This document shows, one piece after another, positions 28,341-32,000 of a stretch of DNA of 32,000 bases. The stretch comes from Desulfocapsa sulfexigens DSM 10523. Its GTDB lineage: Bacteria > Desulfobacterota > Desulfobulbia > Desulfobulbales > Desulfocapsaceae. The notes beneath the pieces are model-generated. The model was not told the origin of the DNA. It worked only from the letters and a program-made list of their open reading frames with translations, and ran no database searches. Each line of letters opens with the position of its first letter. The stretch's first letter is position 1. The position numbers and the translations under genes are program-made. Location: positions 930,001 through 962,000 of the forward strand of contig NC_020304.1 in the NCBI RefSeq assembly GCF_000341395.1, in the 5' to 3' direction.

Positions 28341-29082
28341 GATCAATATCTTCCCCCAGCCTCTTCATAATCATATCCTTCATGGCCAGTAGTTGCGGAG
28401 TATTAAGTCTTCCAGGTTTATCACCATGGAGCACTATTTTCTCGATTATCCTCATGGGCTTTGCACTGAGGAGATAGAGATCATCGGCTAACAAAAGGGC
28501 CTCATCCACGTCATGAGTAATCATAAGAAGGGTCCTGTCAAACTCGCTCTGAAGCAGAAGCAGAAGAGACTGAAGGCGCTTTCTCGTGATAGCATCGAGC
28601 GCCGAAAGCGGTTCGTCGAGCAAAACCAGATCCCGATTAAACATCAAGGTTCTCACTAGAGCACAGCGTTGCCGCATCCCTCCGGACACCTGATACGGCA
28701 GGTACTTTTCGTAGCCTGAAAGCCCAAGTCTGGAAAATAACTGCATGGCTCGTGACCTGGCCTGTTTCAGGTCCTCTCTTCCTGTCCTCGAAGGCAACAG
28801 GCTGTTCTCCAACAAGGAAAACCATGGTAGCAGCAAGTCTTTCTGGTGCATATAGGCTGCCAGATCTCCGAGATGAGCCACCTCACTTTCCTGCCACAGT
28901 ATTCGCCCTTCATCGGGCGCAGTAACCCCGGTGAGGACATCAAAAAGGGTACTCTTACCACAGCCAGAGGGACCTATCAGCACAGCAAACCGATTCCGGG
29001 TCACAGTAAGATCAAAACCGGAAAAGACCGGTTGCTGATCAAAAACCTTGCTTAATCCAGAGACAGAAAGCATCTTCCACAC
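28327..29082 (-). CDS. thiZ: ABC transporter ATP-binding protein (ThiZ-type)
   Basis: Walker A GPSGCGKST, signature VSGGMRQR and Walker B LVLLDEPLSALD. The start is either GTG 29082 or ATG 29073. It lies only 7 nt downstream of the uppP stop. Confidence 0.8.
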   Translation of the reverse strand: MWKMLSVSGLSKVFDQQPVFSGFDLTVTRNRFAVLIGPSGCGKSTLFDVLTGVTAPDEGRILWQESEVAHLGDLAAYMHQKDLLLPWFSLLENSLLPSRTGREDLKQARSRAMQLFSRLGLSGYEKYLPYQVSGGMRQRCALVRTLMFNRDLVLLDEPLSALDAITRKRLQSLLLLLQSEFDRTLLMITHDVDEALLLADDLYLLSAKPMRIIEKIVLHGDKPGRLNTPQLLAMKDMIMKRLGEDIDHGSF

Positions 29083-29089
29083 ACATCAG

Positions 29090-29899
29090 CTAAAGGAGGA
29101 GAATCAGGCAACCCGCAAGTGAACAGTAAACGGCAAAAACATAGAGGGAATGCTTGCTTAGATACGCTATCAGCCAGCGAATAGCCAGATAACCTGAAAC
29201 AAGGGCAGCAAAAAAACCGACACAGAGGGGCAGAAGAAAATCATCCATTGTCTGTAGGGCAAAAAGGTCTTTGAATGCAAGCACTCCCGCACCCAGCATA
29301 ACAGGCACCGACATCAAAAAGGAAAATCTGGCTGCAGCAGAACGATCGAGATTCCGGGTCATTCCACCAGCAATGGTTGCTCCCGAACGGGATACGCCGG
29401 GAAGCAGGGCCAGTACCTGAGAACAGCCGATCCAGAAGGCATCAAACCAGGTAATTTCACTGGTGCTGCGATTCCGCTTTCCTGCTATTTCAGCTGCAAC
29501 TAACAGAACTGCCGTGAGAAGAAGGAAAAGCCCTGTCATTTTAGGACTTGCAAAGGCAGACTCAACCAGATCCTTGGCAAGGAGGCCGACAACAACTGCG
29601 GGTATGGTTGCCAGAATCAAATACCATCCCATACGTGAATTTTCCGTTGCAAAGGGTTTTCCTTTGGACAAAGTGCTGACAAATTCCACAGCAATGTTGA
29701 TAAGATCCTTACGATAATAAATAAAAACCGCAAAAAGCGTTCCCCACTGTACCAGAACGTCAAATATAAAAGCTCTTGAATGATCAAACTCCCACCCCAG
29801 AAGGTGGGGAACAAGTACCAGGTGCCCGGAGCTGGAAACTGGGATAAATTCTGTCAATCCCTGGACGATGCCAAGGATTACAGCCTGTACTAAGGTCAT
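29090..29899 (-). CDS. uppP: Undecaprenyl-diphosphate phosphatase (BacA/UppP)
   Basis: GLTEFIPVSSSGHL and PGVSRSGATIAGG are the two UppP signature motifs, in an 8-TM-like protein. I prefer the ATG at 29899 (MTLVQAVILGIVQG...), with AGGAGA 8 nt upstream. The track ORF extends to 29938. Confidence 0.92.
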   Translation of the reverse strand: MTLVQAVILGIVQGLTEFIPVSSSGHLVLVPHLLGWEFDHSRAFIFDVLVQWGTLFAVFIYYRKDLINIAVEFVSTLSKGKPFATENSRMGWYLILATIPAVVVGLLAKDLVESAFASPKMTGLFLLLTAVLLVAAEIAGKRNRSTSEITWFDAFWIGCSQVLALLPGVSRSGATIAGGMTRNLDRSAAARFSFLMSVPVMLGAGVLAFKDLFALQTMDDFLLPLCVGFFAALVSGYLAIRWLIAYLSKHSLYVFAVYCSLAGCLILLL

Positions 29900-30225
29900 T
29901 ATTGCTTCTCCTGTGAAATCGGGCACAAAAAGGCACAATGCCCTTCATTCGCATCAGGCACGGTGTTGCAGTATACATCCTGCTTCACACCGACGGGAAA
30001 TCAGCACGAATCAGGAAGCTGTATCGTAATCTATTTGGTAAATGGAAGAAACGAGTGATGAAGACTGATCTTCAAGCCTCCATCTTCGATAAAATTACCA
30101 TTAAAGGTGTATCCAACCCTGGCCTCTTTACCTGCATCCAAGTAGAAATCACCCATATTTTCTCAGTACCCCCCAGGTTAAAAACCCCGATTACTCTTTG
30201 TAACCATACCTGGTGACAGGCTCTG

Positions 30226-30254
30226 AAAATACGCCAAAACACCTTCACTGTCAA
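30226..30254 (-). promoter_or_regulatory. Sigma-70-like promoter candidate upstream of uppP
   Basis: Minus strand TTGACA (30254-30249), a 17-nt spacer, then TATTTT (30231-30226). This would give a ~320-nt leader before the uppP ATG. Confidence 0.4.
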
Positions 30255-30325
30255 TAGACCATAAAAGACTGTTCTGCCCTGCAGACAAACGTAAAAGACC
30301 GAACTACATATTGCTGAAAACCAAC

Positions 30326-31678
30326 TTATTCCAAACCTAATTTTTTAATCTTCCGCCATAAAGAAACTCGGTCAATCCCCAGAGCTTTAGCGGCTTCGGT
30401 CTTGTTGAACCCTGTTTCCTTAAGTATCCATTCAATATAGGATTTTTCTACCTCTTCCATACTTGCGTACTTTCCAGCACTTTTTCTGAAGGTCTGGATA
30501 TCCAAATTACGAAGGTCATCCGGTATTTGAGCAAGACCCAGAGTATTGCCAGTAGCAAGGGCAACTCCTCGTTCGACTATATTTTCAAGTTCTCGAACAT
30601 TTCCTGGAAAGTCATAATGCTGTAGGGTATCAAGCACATCCTGACTTATCTCGGTGATTTGTTTTCTCATTGAAGAATTATATTTGTCGAGAAAAAATCG
30701 CACAAGAAGTGGAATGTCATCTTTGCGATCAGAAAGGGGTGGGATTTTTAAAGAAACAACGTTGATCCGGTAAAAAAGATCCTGTCTGAAATGACCGGAT
30801 CTTACCTCTTTTTCAAGGTCCCTGTTGGTCGCTGCAACAAAACGGACATTCACCTTCACCGGTTTCGTCCCACCAACTCGCATTACCTCCTGCTCCTGTA
30901 ACACTCTCAGGAATTTAACCTGCATGGACAGCGGCATTTCTGTGATTTCATCTAAAAAAAGAGTACCGCCATCCGCCATCTCCACCAACCCCTTCTTGTC
31001 CTGATCGGCGCCAGTAAAGGCGCCCTGGCTATGTCCAAAAAGCTCATTGGTCAACAACTCCTCACTGAAGGCTCCGCAGTTTATTGACAGCATTGTCTGT
31101 TCATTTCGAGGACTGGATCTGTGAATATATTTAGCCAGGAGCTCTTTTCCGGTACCTGACTCGCCACTGATAACTATATTAGTGTCTGTACCGGCTACCT
31201 GTTTGGCTACCTCAAGAAGTCCCTTCATTAAATGGTTGTGAGTCACGATCTGCAACTGGGATTCCTGGCAAGCAGATTCCTTTCGCAACTCCTCAACCTC
31301 CTGAATAAGCTGATATTTTTGAACAGCCTCAAAAACAACCTTGCGAACCTCTTCCAGTTTAAAAGGTTTGGTGATGTAATGATATGCTCCTGCTTTTAAG
31401 GATTCCACTGCAGAGTCGACGGTGGAAAACCCGGTAATCATGATGACCTCGGTTTGCGGGTATAATGATTTAACGCGTTTTAAGACCTGCATTCCATCAA
31501 CCTGTGGCATTTTGAGATCTGTCAGGACCAGGGGAAACTCATTTTTTTCCAAATAACTCAATGCCTGTTTCCCGCTCTTGGCTGCAACCACCTGGTATCC
31601 CTCTTTCCTTAAAACATGACAGAGGTTTTTTAAGGCCACTTCCTCATCATCAACAACTAAAATATCAACTTCCGACAT
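30326..31678 (-). CDS. Sigma-54-dependent response regulator (NtrC/AtoC family)
   Basis: 450-aa ORF with a REC domain (DDEE...VLTDLKMP), an AAA+ domain with GESGTGKE and the sigma-54 contact loop GAFTGA, and a C-terminal Fis-type HTH (NKTEAAKALGIDRVSLWRKIKKLG). Confidence 0.93.
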   Translation of the reverse strand: MSEVDILVVDDEEVALKNLCHVLRKEGYQVVAAKSGKQALSYLEKNEFPLVLTDLKMPQVDGMQVLKRVKSLYPQTEVIMITGFSTVDSAVESLKAGAYHYITKPFKLEEVRKVVFEAVQKYQLIQEVEELRKESACQESQLQIVTHNHLMKGLLEVAKQVAGTDTNIVISGESGTGKELLAKYIHRSSPRNEQTMLSINCGAFSEELLTNELFGHSQGAFTGADQDKKGLVEMADGGTLFLDEITEMPLSMQVKFLRVLQEQEVMRVGGTKPVKVNVRFVAATNRDLEKEVRSGHFRQDLFYRINVVSLKIPPLSDRKDDIPLLVRFFLDKYNSSMRKQITEISQDVLDTLQHYDFPGNVRELENIVERGVALATGNTLGLAQIPDDLRNLDIQTFRKSAGKYASMEEVEKSYIEWILKETGFNKTEAAKALGIDRVSLWRKIKKLGLE

Positions 31679-32000
31679 CAGGAAATCTCCCCGGCAGGAA
31701 GAATGATGGTGAACACCGCTCCCTTGCCCGCACTATCAACAGTAATTCGACCACCATGCTGAACAATAATATCGTGAACTATAAAGAGACCAAGACCGGA
31801 TCCCTGCCCTGTATCCTTAGTCGTAAAAAAAGGATCAAAAATCTTTTCCTGCATTTTTTGGGGAATGCCCGGGCCATTATCGCTGATAGCGATTTTCACA
31901 TCTCCATGATTCTTCCAGGCTCTGATTATTATCACCCCCTGACCGTCCAAGGCATCAATACCATTTCTCAAAAGATTAATGAACACCTGCTGAATTTTTT
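31678..32000 (-). CDS. Sensor histidine kinase, C-terminal HATPase domain only (gene continues beyond the window end)
   Basis: N-box (IQQV)[12 protein letters not shown]1 DNGPGI and G2 GSGLGL. The frame stays open to base 32000; the M in the ORF track is an internal GTG. The stop overlaps the response regulator ATG by 1 nt. Confidence 0.85.
   Translation of the reverse strand, partial: KIQQVFINLLRNGIDALDGQGVIIIRAWKNHGDVKIAISDNGPGIPQKMQEKIFDPFFTTKDTGQGSGLGLFIVHDIIVQHGGRITVDSAGKGAVFTIILPAGEIS

Noticed and set aside
29956-29970. A sigma-54 promoter-like sequence aGGCACggtgTTGCA on the plus strand, near the NtrC-type regulator.
   Set aside because: The spacing between the GG and GC elements is one nt too short (N4 instead of N5 between TGGCAC and TTGC). 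The first T is missing. It points into a stretch with no credible gene. No other TGGCAC-N5-TTGC match was seen in intergenic DNA.
30141-30185. A second TPP-riboswitch-like string upstream of uppP on the minus strand (CTGGGGGGTACTGAGAAAAT...).
   Set aside because: Only GGGG and CTGAGA are present. There is no P3 hairpin between them, no ACCC closing P2, and no GAACCTGAT...GCGTAGGGA half. It looks like a chance partial match.

Overview
This window looks like ordinary chromosomal, mostly housekeeping DNA from a Gram-negative bacterium that uses selenocysteine. The Gram-negative call rests on SecB, a TolC/RND efflux pump and lipoproteins. The sigma-54 two-component regulator and tRNA-Sec would fit a Desulfobacterota/deltaproteobacterial-type anaerobe, but that is weak inference. 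GC is moderate by eye.

I support 33 protein-coding genes, two of them small ORFs below the ORF-track cutoff (partial secB and a 49-aa ORF). I also support 3 tRNAs (Sec, Pro, Asn, all on the minus strand), one canonical TPP riboswitch, two intrinsic terminators and three sigma-70-like promoter candidates.

Gene order from left to right:
- secB (partial), uvrA, a CoA-binding protein, glyQ
- tRNA-Sec, a small acidic protein with an Hx3Cx2C motif, tRNA-Pro, tRNA-Asn
- a P-type ATPase, a DUF4136-like lipoprotein and a Met-motif secreted protein
- a tightly packed minus-strand run: marR, RND adaptor, RND pump, TolC, SGNH-like hydrolase, class V aminotransferase, YdfG-like SDR
- a 49-aa ORF, a J-domain protein and plsY
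- def, fmt, larC, pgpA
- thiC with its TPP riboswitch, thiD, a ThiXYZ-like ABC importer, uppP
- an NtrC-type response regulator and a partial histidine kinase

I found no CRISPR array, transposase, integrase, phage gene or recognisable defence system, and I cannot claim a clear novel multi-gene system here.

The observations most worth a second look:
1. A ~230-nt nested inverted-repeat element between pgpA and thiC. All nine of its transition mismatches become G-U wobbles only on the minus strand.
2. An orphan ZAS-like (Hx3Cx2C) mini-protein with a 33-residue poly-Asp/Glu tail.
3. Three enzyme genes packed tightly (8-nt or smaller gaps, or overlaps) behind a MarR-controlled RND pump.
4. A strongly Shine-Dalgarno-led 49-aa ORF that the ORF track missed.
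5. A ~320-nt predicted leader upstream of uppP and the thi importer genes.
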